From Azolla caroliniana (Eukaryota; Plantae; Polypodiophyta), in contig JBHGNT010000007.1 in assembly GCA_043228905.1 (NCBI GenBank), positions 16,120,001 through 16,184,000 of the forward strand: DNA of 64,000 nt, in the 5' to 3' direction. Made by a program: the position numbers and the translations under genes. Below the pieces are notes generated by a model, which saw only the letters and a list, made by a program, of their open reading frames with translations, was not told where the DNA came from and searched no databases. This document shows, piece by piece, positions 27,155 through 38,156 of this stretch. Each line of letters opens with the position of its first letter. Position 1 is the stretch's first letter.

Positions 27155-27315
27155 CTTTCTTCTTCTTCTTCTTCTTCTTCCTCAAGTTTCCAATCAATAC
27201 TGTGGATTCCTTTCTTCTTCTTCTTCTTCCTCAAGTTTCCAATCAATACTGTGGATTCCTTTCTTCTTCTTCTTCTTCTTCCTCAAGTTTCCAATCAATA
27301 CTGTGGATTCCTTTT
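27155..27315. repeat. Three tandem ~50-bp units: (CTT)n-CCTCAAGTTTCCAATCAATACTGTGGATTCC
   Basis: Seen directly. Confidence 0.9.
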
Positions 27316-27633
27316 TCTTTTACATGATGTCTTAGGCGATGGGGAGGGTCGGTGGTGGCTGCTGGGTGCCGCCACTGGAGGAGGAGGAGGTGTGGGTAGG
27401 GAAGCAGTGGCGGAGGCAACAACTGATGGCGAAGTGAAGAGCGAGGATAGTGAGGAGAAGAAAGAGGAGAGCTGTCGTGATGAAGATAACGTGGAGGTCG
27501 AGGCTACTTCAGGAAGGGGAGGAAGAGGAGGAGCGGGCCCCGCCCGGGCGCTGGAACTCGGGGAAGGAAGGAATTCCTCATCGTGATTCTTATGATTATT
27601 GGTCTTATTGATCACTATATGGGTTTCTGCCAT
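27295..27633 (-). pseudogene. Captured 5' gene fragment encoding a Pro/Ser-rich N-terminus
   Basis: GC-rich ORF MAETHIVINK... with a CT-rich 5'UTR-like leader; cut off by tandem repeats inside the TIR element. Confidence 0.5.
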
Positions 27634-28120
27634 GGATCCACCAAAACTACAAGCAACAGATGAGGGAAGAGGAAGAAGAAGAACACATCAAGATCAAAGG
27701 AGAGTCTTAGAGATGTCTTAGAGAAGATGATAGATAGATCTTAAACCAGTGGTTAAGTTTTGATGTGAAGCATGTTTTTAGAAATCAAGGAAAAGAGGGC
27801 CTCTCAGCCCCATAGAACCTCAATTGGTTACATGATGTTTTGATCGATCTTGAATATCTCATTTTGTGGCCATCTTAAGGTCTCCATTGGTTAAATGAAT
27901 TTCTAGGAATCTGTAATATCTCAAACATAATGGCTTGTGTTTCGCATGAATCTCTTATTGTAAACCATATTCTAATTTTCCCCTTACAATAATGTGATGT
28001 TAATAGTATGCCAATGCAAATTCATTGTCTTCTGTATCATTTGATAACATGTTCATCATTCACCATCTTTTGTCACTTATATTTCAGTTTTGTTTAGCAA
28101 TATTCACTGTGAGAAGAAAG

Positions 28121-28246
28121 AGGAGAGCTATCAGAGAGCTATCAAAATGTTTTTTTTTTGGTGAGGGAGAGAGAGCTATCAAAATGTTTTTTTTTTGGTG
28201 AGGGAGAGAGAGCTATCAAAATGTTTTTTTTTTGGGTGAGGGAGGG
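28121..28246. repeat. Three tandem ~35-bp units GAGAGAGCTATCAAAATG(T)nGGTGAGG
   Basis: Seen directly. Confidence 0.85.
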
Positions 28247-31200
28247 TATTAAACCAATGGCACAAAATGAGAGAGAACACTCTTTGTATTCAATAGAAAT
28301 AAAAAAGGTAAGTGCGACTAACTAATGACTTGGTCCTTCCCCATTGGGAACCCCCCCCCCCCCTTTTCAAAATCACAACTACTTCTTTAAATAGAAACTT
28401 ATTGGGAGCCCAAACGTTCATGAGATGAAACGTTTGTGCTTCCAAGATTTATTTAAATATTCTACTATTTTCTTTTATGTAATTGTAACGGTTGTAACAC
28501 TCTCCCGCTAGTCGAGAGAGTTTCGACCTCGAAACTATTGCATAAAGGTTCCTAGGTCAGGGCTTTGGTTGTTGTAGAGGCTCAAGTAGCCATTCAAACC
28601 CTGCTTGTAGCAACGCTTCTTCAGTTACCCACGATGCTTCGGATAATGGTTTCCCTCGCCACTTGATGAAGTAGCGTCTTCTCCCTCTACGAACCTGTGT
28701 CTTCAAAAGTGCTTCAGGTTCACATCTAATAGTTGCCTCGCGCCCCCATGTTTCATCTGGGTGGAAACGTTTTAGCAGGCTAACATGAAAAACATCATGT
28801 ATCTTGGAAGCCTCCGGAAGTTGTAATTTGTAGGATACATTATTGAGTTGTTTGACCACCTTGTATGGTCCATAGAACCTATGGTTAAACTTGGGCGTGA
28901 GGCCCTGAAGTAACGGCCAACTAGCCGAATTGACAAGTACTAAATCCCCTGGGTAAAACTCCACGTGTTCCCGTTTCTTATTGACACGATTGATAATCTG
29001 TGACTTTGTTTTTATGAGATGCTCTTGTGCTGCTTGCATCCGGTCCTTCCACTCCTCCAAAAAACGAGACACATCCAATTCCTCTACTTGTGTCTTCTTA
29101 TTTGTATGCAATAAAGCAATCGGTGTGAGGACTTCTTTACCTGTGGCGAGCTCGAATGGAGAGAATCCCGTTGATGAATGGATTGCAACATTGTAACAAA
29201 ATTCTAGCATGTCGATGTGTTCCACCCAGTCCGTCTGATCCGCTTTGACATAACATCGAATGTAGTCCTCGATGCCTTGATTGAGTCGCTCAGTTTGCCC
29301 GTCTGTTTGCGGATGTGCGGATGATGACATACGGAGCTGTGTGCCTAGAATCCGAAACAATTCTTGCCAAAATCCACAAGTGAACCTTGGATCCCTATCT
29401 GATACTATGATTTCTGGCAGCCCGTGATACTTAAAAACATGTTTAAAAAACAAGTGTGCTACATGTTGCGCTGTTAGAGGTGGCTTTGCCGGCACGAAGT
29501 GAGCTTGTTTAGAAAAAAAATCCACAATGACCATAAGGATGCAAAACCCCTTGGATGAGGGTAAATCAATTATAAAATCCATGCTTATTACATCCCATGG
29601 ACGGGATGGTACCGGCATCTGTTGCAGTAGTCCGAGCGCTTTTCCTCGCCTAGCTTTCACGGCTTGACATACCTGGCATGAACGTATATAGTCAATGATC
29701 TCATGTTCCATTCTTGGCCACACGAAGAACTTTTTAACAGCTTTTAATGTGCACTTTTGTCCCCCATGCCCGGCCATGTGGCAATCATGTAATTCCCTTA
29801 GTATCTTTGCCTTTAGTGATATATTATTCGGGATTACTATTTTATCATCACTCCACAATAAGCCGTCCTGCAACTTGTACATTCCATGAGTTATGCTCCC
29901 ATTCATGACTTTGGTTACTAATTCGCGCATCTCTGCATCCTCTGTTTGTGCTTGTCGTACTTCATCTATCCATCCTTGAGCCGAGATGACAGAAATATGG
30001 AGGATGCGTGGCAATCGACTTAATGCATCAGGTAATGTATGCAACTTGCCTTTTTTATGTACAATCTCCAAATCAAATTCTGCTAACATATCTTGCCATC
30101 TCATTTGTTTTGTTGAAAGTCGTGGTTGTGTCAGAAAATATTGCAAGGAGATGTTGTCGGTCACTACTCGTGTAAATTTATCTTGTACGTAGTGCCGCCA
30201 CTTCCGAAGTGCATAAACTATTGCCAACATTTCCTTCTCGTGTGTGGGCCACCGACTTTCTATCGCTGAAAACTTTTTTGACTCATAGGCAATCGGATGA
30301 CCATCCTGCATAAGCACAGCCCCATAAGCAAAATCAGAAGCATCAGTGTGAATTTCAAATGGTTTTGAAAAGTCCGGGAGTTGAAGAACCGGTTGCACAC
30401 ACACTGCCTTCTTCAATTGATCGAAGGCATGTTGTTCACGTTCAGACCAACAGAATGTTTGTGAGCCTTTGATGAGATTCGTCAGTGGGGTTGCGATTTG
30501 ACTGAAGTTTTTAATAAATCTTCTCACATACTGGACGAAGCCTATGAATTGCTGCACTTCGAGGACTTTGGTGGGTCGTGGCCAATCTTGAACTGGTTTT
30601 ACCTTGGCCAGATCCATCTTGAGCCCTTCTCTTCCTATTCGAAATCCTAAGAATTCAAGCTCCTCCATAGCGAACTCACACTTCTCAGGTTTTGCGTATA
30701 ACTGATGCTCCCGTAATCGTTGCAGCACATTGGTGACATGTTGTTTATGTTCCTCAAAAGTCTTACTGAAAATTAACAAATCATCAATGTAAATTATCAA
30801 AAATTTATCCAAATAATCCCTAAAAATTTCATTTCCGAGCCTACAGAATGTTCCGGGTGCTCCTGTCAAACCGAAACTCATCACCAGCCATTCAAAACTG
30901 CCATATCTCGTCCTAAATGCTATCTTCTCAATATCCTCCGTAGCTACGCGGATTTGATGATACCCTGATCTGAGATCTATGCGAGAGAAATAACGGGCTC
31001 CTTGTAGTTGATCCAAGAGGTCGGAAATCAAAGGTAATGGGTATTTATTTTTTATGGTGATTTTGTTGAGAGACCTGTAATCCATGCACATGCGCAATGT
31101 CCCATCCTTCTTTGCCACAAAAATGACGGGCGCACCGTAAGGTGATTGGCTTGGTCTAATGAACCCACATGCTTCTAATTCTTGTAATTGTTGTTTTAGC

Positions 31201-33477
31201 TCTGCTAATTGAGTAGCATTCATTCGGTAAGGAGCTTTTACAGGTGGTATGCTTCCGGGAATGGTTGGGATTTTATGATCGATTGACCTTTGTGGCGGAA
31301 GAGTTTTGGGTAGCTCCGCTGTTAAGACATCCTTGTATTGCTCTAATATTTCCTTCATATTTTCTGCCCTTAGTTCTTCCTTCCTCACTGTTGTTGATGC
31401 TTGCAGGGCCGTGCAAAGAAAGAGTTGGCCGCCCTTCTTTAAGACTCGATTTGCCACCTTTCCCGTGCAAAGTTTTGCGGTCACGGTTGTCGCCTTTGCC
31501 TTTGCATTTCTCCTATGCATGTTTACAATGATGCCTCCCTTCCCATCTTCATTATCTAGTAACACCTTATCTACCTTTTTCCCGAATTGGTTGATGACGT
31601 ACTTATCCACCCATTCTAGCCCTAAGATCACCTCGCACCCATCCATGTCAACCGCTAGAAAAGGTGTTCGCCCCTTCCATTCTCCCGCTTCAATCAAGAC
31701 ATTGGCTGCTAATGAACACTTATTAGTGTATCCCTGTACAAAACTCACAGAGAGGTTGGTTAAAGGTTGCAATTTTAATCCCCACTTCTTCGCGCATTCA
31801 GGTGTTATGAAGTTGTGTGTTGCACCGTTGTCTACCATTGCCTCACAACTATGCCCATTAATTTTTACGTTGAGAAAGAGATTACTTGTGTTATTGAGTT
31901 TGACTGTGAGACAGGTAGGCCAGGTGGTGGCGGCTCCTGCACGTACAGCGACTTCTTCATCTTCTTCCTCATATTGCGCTGCTATTGCTTGTATGTCTTG
32001 CTCGGAACCTTCCTCGAGCTCTGTTAACTCGAGTTGTGAGGTGGCTGCCCGCACCGTGAGTTGCTTCTTTTTTGGACAATTGGATGCCAAGTGAGGGCCT
32101 CCACACTCAAAACAGCCTCTTCTAATTAGTGGGGTTCGTTGTGTTGAAGTAGAAATGGGACTCCCCGGCTGTCCTCCTCCTCCCCCGCTATTTGTCCAGC
32201 TCGATCTAATTGGATCCCCTCGTGTTGTTCCTCTTCCTATCGAACTAGTGGTAGTCGTCCACCCACGATTGTTGGATGTACTTCCTAGATTGTTGTGGAA
32301 AGGTCGGGAGCTCCCTTCTATGTCTCCTATCCTCTCTGCCACCCTCATGGCTTCCTCACAAGTTTGAGGGTTCATCTTTTCTACCTCTATCCTGATCCGA
32401 GGCTTCAATCCAACTAGGAACCCGTGGAGTTTGGTTATTTGATGAAGATGCGGTAGCTGCAATGTCACTTGGCGATACCTCTCAATGTACATGGTGAGTT
32501 GCCCTTCCCCTTGTCTCAACATCCTCCATTCATCCATGATGCGGAGATGTTCATTTTGTGGTATGAAATAATGACGCAATTCCCGCTTAAACTCTGTCCA
32601 AGGCGTGAACTCAAACACGCTTTCCCCCGACATGTACCAATTTTGTGCTGGTCCATCCAAAAAACACGCGGAGACCATCACCCACAAGTCGGGTTCTACT
32701 TGACTTTGGACGAGGAATAGTTCGGTTTCTCTTATCCATCTTGTAAGTACCACCAAGTTCCTCTCCCCCATGTACATTTTTGGTTTGATAGGTTTAAATG
32801 ATCCCAAGTTGTGGCGGCGGTTCTCGGCATTCCCGACTTCCAGCCTCTGCACCATCTCCTCCAAACGCCCTGGTGCTCCTTCCGTGGGCCTTCTCCCTTG
32901 CAGCCCCGATTCCTCTTCTTCTCTCTCCCATCTTTGATCTTCCATATTGAACCTTCCATTCTCTAATTCGGTGGCCTCTTGGTCTCCTCGATCTAGGGCT
33001 ATCTCCCCTAATGGAGTGTCTCCTTCGTTCCCTAGCTCTCCCAAGTTGATCCCTCTTCTTCGCCTTCTTCCCGCCATTGGTTAGATAAAAGAGAGAGAAA
33101 AAATAAATAAAAATAGTCTACTATCTTTGTGGTTACCTTGACTCCTCTCGTGGTGTCGTGTGCCACTTCTTCAATCTCTTCTTGCTGGAATGGCTTGCCA
33201 ATCCTTATCTTGCTCTGATACCAAGTATTAAACCAATGGCACAAAATGAGAGAGAACACTCTTTGTATTCAATAGAAATAAAAAAGGTAAGTGCGACTAA
33301 CTAATGACTTGGTCCTTCCCCATTGGGAACCCCCCCCCCCCTTTTCAAAATCACAACTACTTCTTTAAATAGAAACTTATTGGGAGCCCAAACGTTCATG
33401 AGATGAAACGTTTGTGCTTCCAAGATTTATTTAAATATTCTACTATTTTCTTTTATGTAATTGTAACGGTTGTAACA
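28247..33477 (-). mobile_element. Full-length young Ty3/gypsy chromovirus; LTRs 33226-33477 (5') and 28247-28499 (3')
   Basis: LTRs appear identical except for one C in a homopolymer. TSD GAGGG/GAGGG; PBS-Met at 33212-33223; PPT AGCGGGAGAG at 28500-28509. Confidence 0.97.
28557..33077 (-). CDS. Gag-pol polyprotein, 1506 aa (gag, CCHC knuckle, PR, RT, RNase H, IN, chromodomain)
   Basis: Uninterrupted ORF with CFECGGPHLASNC, VDNGATHNF, YIDD, TDASDFAYG, HHCC, D-D-E, FYGPY and YFIKWRG..SEASW. Confidence 0.95.
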   Translation of the reverse strand: MAGRRRRRGINLGELGNEGDTPLGEIALDRGDQEATELENGRFNMEDQRWEREEEESGLQGRRPTEGAPGRLEEMVQRLEVGNAENRRHNLGSFKPIKPKMYMGERNLVVLTRWIRETELFLVQSQVEPDLWVMVSACFLDGPAQNWYMSGESVFEFTPWTEFKRELRHYFIPQNEHLRIMDEWRMLRQGEGQLTMYIERYRQVTLQLPHLHQITKLHGFLVGLKPRIRIEVEKMNPQTCEEAMRVAERIGDIEGSSRPFHNNLGSTSNNRGWTTTTSSIGRGTTRGDPIRSSWTNSGGGGGQPGSPISTSTQRTPLIRRGCFECGGPHLASNCPKKKQLTVRAATSQLELTELEEGSEQDIQAIAAQYEEEDEEVAVRAGAATTWPTCLTVKLNNTSNLFLNVKINGHSCEAMVDNGATHNFITPECAKKWGLKLQPLTNLSVSFVQGYTNKCSLAANVLIEAGEWKGRTPFLAVDMDGCEVILGLEWVDKYVINQFGKKVDKVLLDNEDGKGGIIVNMHRRNAKAKATTVTAKLCTGKVANRVLKKGGQLFLCTALQASTTVRKEELRAENMKEILEQYKDVLTAELPKTLPPQRSIDHKIPTIPGSIPPVKAPYRMNATQLAELKQQLQELEACGFIRPSQSPYGAPVIFVAKKDGTLRMCMDYRSLNKITIKNKYPLPLISDLLDQLQGARYFSRIDLRSGYHQIRVATEDIEKIAFRTRYGSFEWLVMSFGLTGAPGTFCRLGNEIFRDYLDKFLIIYIDDLLIFSKTFEEHKQHVTNVLQRLREHQLYAKPEKCEFAMEELEFLGFRIGREGLKMDLAKVKPVQDWPRPTKVLEVQQFIGFVQYVRRFIKNFSQIATPLTNLIKGSQTFCWSEREQHAFDQLKKAVCVQPVLQLPDFSKPFEIHTDASDFAYGAVLMQDGHPIAYESKKFSAIESRWPTHEKEMLAIVYALRKWRHYVQDKFTRVVTDNISLQYFLTQPRLSTKQMRWQDMLAEFDLEIVHKKGKLHTLPDALSRLPRILHISVISAQGWIDEVRQAQTEDAEMRELVTKVMNGSITHGMYKLQDGLLWSDDKIVIPNNISLKAKILRELHDCHMAGHGGQKCTLKAVKKFFVWPRMEHEIIDYIRSCQVCQAVKARRGKALGLLQQMPVPSRPWDVISMDFIIDLPSSKGFCILMVIVDFFSKQAHFVPAKPPLTAQHVAHLFFKHVFKYHGLPEIIVSDRDPRFTCGFWQELFRILGTQLRMSSSAHPQTDGQTERLNQGIEDYIRCYVKADQTDWVEHIDMLEFCYNVAIHSSTGFSPFELATGKEVLTPIALLHTNKKTQVEELDVSRFLEEWKDRMQAAQEHLIKTKSQIINRVNKKREHVEFYPGDLVLVNSASWPLLQGLTPKFNHRFYGPYKVVKQLNNVSYKLQLPEASKIHDVFHVSLLKRFHPDETWGREATIRCEPEALLKTQVRRGRRRYFIKWRGKPLSEASWVTEEALLQAGFEWLLEPLQQPKP

Positions 33478-34699
33478 GAGGGGGAGGAGCCAAGCTATAT
33501 CAGACTTATTATGAAATAGCCCATTCCTAAATTTATTCATCATACTTATTATGAAATTTTGTGATCATACTTATCATACATTTTGTGATCATTCTTATCA
33601 TAAATTTTGTCATCATACTAATCATAAATTTGATCATCATACTTATCATATTTGATCATCATAAATAAAAAGGAGACTCTACATATAATGCATATAAAAT
33701 TTAATAAGTTAAAACTAGAGTTTTAAATTAAAAGTTGAAAGTTAGAGCATATAAGGAAAATTTATAAGTATTTTTTAACCAATAAACCTATAAACCTTTA
33801 AACTGACCACATAAACAAAAACTGATAAGCTAATAAACTGATAAACCGCTAAATTCAAAAACGAACCAAACTGAACCGAAACCGATTAGTAACATTTGAA
33901 ACCAAACCAAACCGTTTATTTATCTTCGAACCTATAAACCGTTAAGCCATGGTTTATCGGTTCAATTCGGTTTGAGCCAGAACCGGACCCATTGGTACTT
34001 CTTGATGAGAATTTTGAGCAGCTTCATGTTTTATGCAAACAAAAACTAGCCTTTCTTATCATCATCTGTCACTCTAGCAAAGTATTTTTACAAAGTTGAT
34101 TTCTATCTCACCATACAATAGTTTCATTTGGTTCCTTCTATAACTCATAAATGGCATTGTTGTGATGACTCCGTTGTATTGATCCTTGTAGAAATATGCT
34201 CCAAATAGGATTCTACAAGGATGGATACAACCTAAGCCATCATTCCAATGCCATTCAAGAACTATAGAAGTAACCATATGCGAATATTGTGTGATATGGT
34301 AGAAATAAACTTGGTAAAAACTTGATGAGAGTTAGAGAAGAGGATAAGAAACTCTAGTTTTGATTTGTAGAAAGAATTTGATGTGATAAACTTCTTGTCC
34401 CTCTTATTTCCACTCTTTATTTGGCGGTAGGTGATTGTCTTCGTTATTAAATTTCTATTCTTCTAACGTTTTTATTCTTCATGTTTTCTTTTGTCAATTA
34501 CCGATTTTCTATATTCAAATTCAATTGAAAATCAAAGCTATCATCAAAGCCCTATTCTTGGGTTTTGAATGCGATGCCGTTTTGCTACAATGTAATATGG
34601 ACAAAGGTTCTTTTATAGTTCTCATGAAACATTAGTGATGTTTTGATTGAAAATTCTTCCTTTCTTGGAGATGAACCCTTTCACTATTGTGAAAACAAG

Positions 34700-35071
34700 T
34701 GAGCAAACAATGTAAATAATGTTACACGATCATTTTGAATTTTGCATTACTAAAACAAATGTGATTGCCATTTTTTTTTGTGAATGGGAAAGAACGATTG
34801 TCTTGAGCGATCTAATGATGGTGTCACATCTAAGCTCAACATCATGGTGCAAAAGAGAGTTTAGGGCAGAGAGGAGTTAATCAGCCCGATCTTTTTCCAC
34901 CATGATGCTAAGCTTTGATTTGAGCCCCAAACTTGGGAGCTTGGATGTGAGTTCATCATCAGACCCCTCATAACGATCATTTTTTTCCAAATTTACATGA
35001 TACAAGAAATGGTCCAACATTTGCTTTAATTATGCAATGTTCAAAACAATTACAACATTGTTTTGAGGGCC
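34700..35071. mobile_element. Foldback / MITE-like long inverted repeat
   Basis: About 34705-34840 pairs imperfectly with about 34935-35065; an inner IR pairs 34833-34857 with 34889-34914. Confidence 0.65.
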
Positions 35072-36923
35072 ACAAACTATATACAACTATATATTATGGA
35101 ATCACTACGTACCAGTGAGAAGTAATCCCAAGTCATGCTATTTTTGTTTTGTCAATGAAAGATTATGGGCACATCACCTACAATGGATGAGCAAAAAATA
35201 GATACATACAAAAGTTATCAAATTTTAACACAAACTCAATACAATGTATCAAGTTCGTGTTGAAAACTCTATTTTTAAACACGAACTCGATATATTGTAT
35301 CGAATTCATGTTTAAATGTTTTAAATGCAAACTCGATACATTGTACCGAGTTGGTGTTGAAAAGTTGAGTTTTTCAACACAAATTCGATACAATGTAACG
35401 AGTTCATGTTGAAAACTCTGTTTTTGAACATCAATTGGATACATTGTATCGACTTCGTGTTTAAAATCTGACTTTCCAACATGAACTTGATACAATCTAT
35501 CGAGTTCATGTTTAAAGTTTTTTTTTTTTTTTTGATTTTTTTCTATTTATTTGGGGTCTTTTGTTTTTGTTTTAAAAAAAAATTGAAGTGATGAAAAATC
35601 AAGAGTTTTGATCACAAGTCGATACAATGTATCGAATTCATGTTTAAAGTTTTTTTTTCCAAAAAAAAATTTAAAAAATTTAAAAAATTACTTTAAACAT
35701 GAACTTGATACATTGTATTGAATTGTGGTGAAAATTTTGGTTTTTTCATCAACTCAATCTCAATTTCTTTATTTCTTTAAATCAAGGGAAAAATATTTTG
35801 AACATGAATTTGATACATTGTATGTAATTGTGATCAAAACTCTGTTTTTTTTACATCAACTCGATACAATGTATGGAGTTCATGTTTAGAAATATTCTTT
35901 TTTATCAAATAAAAAAGGTTTACGGTTTACATGAACTTGAATGGTACTAAAATCTTTGTTTTTACAAGAGAAAAAGATGCATATCAATACTGCAAAGAAG
36001 TATGTTGCACAACAAAACACCTTATGGTGAACATGTGCTTTATTGCTTAACAAAAAACCATTAATAATTGTGTTGATGGTAATTGAACCTTACAAATGCC
36101 ATTTACATGTTCTATAAAATATTCTCGTGGTTCTTAATCACCACTTCAAGCACTTAATGTTGATCTTCATAGTTTGGTTCATTTACAATTGAGAAACATT
36201 TATGTGGAACTAAGAATTACAACACGTGCATAACTCAGGTGACAAGGAAAGTTGCAAGAACTCAAGGTGGGGATATTAATAGCTACACATGTAGATGGCC
36301 ATGACCTAGGGCACCAATTCTGCATTGGTAAAGTTTTGGACGTTGTGATGCATTAAACTTTTGTATTACATCTATCATTGACATTAGTGAGGTGGATATC
36401 ATTGTGTATGACTTTACACTAACAACAGTTGGGTGTTTAAGGATGACAACGATAGACATAATAAAAGATATATTACCAAGTCTAGAAGATATCTCAAATT
36501 GAAGGCGAACAAGAATTAGTGCACACCATTTGATGAAGACAATGATTTGATTGGTACATTTGAAAATGAGGAGGAAGAGTCACACATGTATATTAGCTAT
36601 AGTAGTGATTCTCATGAAAGGAATGATAATAGTGATGCAAATAACTCCTAAATGTATTTTTTGTGCAATGATATGTAACAAATTTAGACAACATTTTATC
36701 GAATGAAATAAAAAAGTTGATTGTTTTGATATCTTTCGCTTATGATTTCGTTAGGATCTAAAATACTACTAGTTGTAATTTCTCCTTCAAAATACACAAC
36801 GTTACTTTTCATATTTGGCCAAAATTTGACATTTTTCAATTTTACCAAATGGTGAAAATTTTAGCTTTTTCATCAAGTTTTCGAGAACATGTGATACTGG
36901 TATCATGGTGTTTTGTGAAATGG
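35071..36923 (+). mobile_element. Decayed non-autonomous relative of the Sola-like transposon
   Basis: 36190-36650 resembles the transposase C-terminus at 15380-15950 (LKVGILIA...DLGHQF.IGK vs LQVGMLVA...KLGHPFWIAK). The right end TTTTGTGAAATGGC resembles 16206-16220. About 10 palindromic CGATACAATGTATCG motifs. Confidence 0.7.
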
Positions 36924-38156
36924 CTAAAAAAGCCCCAAAATCAAACGGAATATTCCTTATCCTTCCATTTGCGCGCTACGTTTCACTTGTGAATGCGAAC
37001 GTGATAGAAGAGGGAAAAGGGGCGAAAGAAGAAGCTTGCGAGAGGAAGGGATGCAGAGGTCGCTCATGAGGCTAGTGACCTGCTGAATAGAAGACAAAAA
37101 GCAAAGAAAAAGAAAACTTGTTTATCCTAAACCCTTGCAAATAGAGGCCATGAGTTCGATTCCTCCCAAAACAACCTTTGCTTTTCATTAGCAAGTTTGT
37201 AATATAAAGATGAAGAATGTTATAAAATCAATACCAAAAGAAAAGTGTTGAAGTGATTGATTTGATAAGCCTTACTCGTAAGGGAGGATAGGTCTTGCCA
37301 AGTAATCTTTTGCAAATAAGTATTGTAAGTTGTGTTTTACAAATAAAATTATTTTCGTGCATCCATCTTGGCTTCTTGTCATCGCACCGTCTGCGATTAC
37401 GCCCTGTCATCCCGATCATCGCTGAGTCACAGAACCCTGGCGGTTGCGACACACAATCACAATCTTTACAACGTAGATGACAAAGCAAGGATATATTATT
37501 GGGAGACTCACGACGATTGTTGGGATGTGTGCAAAGCTCAAAGAGTTTTGTACGAACCACATGATGGTACGAAAAGTTACATACATTAGGTGCATTATTC
37601 AATATGTGTTTGTTGTAGGAGGAGGAAAAGTTTCTACCTTCTTAACTACCTAGGAGGAAACCATGGATGATGGATGTTATTAGCGAAGACAACCTTATCC
37701 CAAAAGATATAAAGATAGGCTTGATACTAGACAAACTTCCTGAATTGTGGGGAACATTCACAACGATGAATAACAACATTAAATTTCAGAGTTTACTTAC
37801 AAAAGATTCGTCATGACATAAATCAACTAGCAAATCGACGAATGACATAAATCTTGGAAAGGCAAAACACAACTTACAATATTTACTTGCGACATTGTTT
37901 TGCGCAATATTTATATAACTTTTATTTTATTTACAATATCTATGTGCGGAATAAATCTTGGAAAGACAAAAGTTATACACATGGGAGGGACTACACAAAG
38001 TGGAAGGCTTGAAGAGGACATGCATGGAAAATGATTATCCAAACAACATAAGGATGTACTGTACACACCCTTATGTGCTGGAAAATCAATGAGGGCACAA
38101 TGACAGATTGTTATTATGGTACACTGCAAAGAGAAGGATCATGAGAAAAACAGTGA

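Larger units (their letters stand above)
27003..33527. mobile_element. Short-TIR DNA element (MULE/Pack-type-like) carrying a gene-like fragment
   Basis: TIRs GGAATGGGCTATTT / AAATAGCCCATTCC; perfect 8-bp TSD TAAATTTA at 26995-27002 and 33528-33535. Confidence 0.75.
26599..33997. mobile_element. Non-autonomous hAT-like element hosting two nested insertions
   Basis: TIRs TACCAATGGGCCCGGTT / AACCGGACCCATTGGTA; 8-bp TSD TTTCTTGA/CTTCTTGA (7/8); AACCG subterminal repeats. The GATCATACTTAT minisatellite continues on both sides of the inner insertion. Confidence 0.85.

Noticed and set aside
27088-27586. Phe/Leu/Ser-rich plus-strand ORFs; likewise 592-940 and 63375-63786
   Set aside because: Translations of (CTT)n, (GA)n or purine-rich repeats.
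31306-32094. 262-aa plus-strand ORF, and similar antisense ORFs over the copia, gypsy and 7-TM genes
   Set aside because: Shadow frames opposite real coding sequence.
37144-37168. B-box-like GAGTTCGATTCC, similar at about 22310 and 48506
   Set aside because: Isolated motifs with no cloverleaf or definable SINE boundaries.
37228-37800. Short ORFs with a possible intron downstream of 7-TM paralogue 1
   Set aside because: Stops in frame and no recognisable domain; likely a TE or gene relic.
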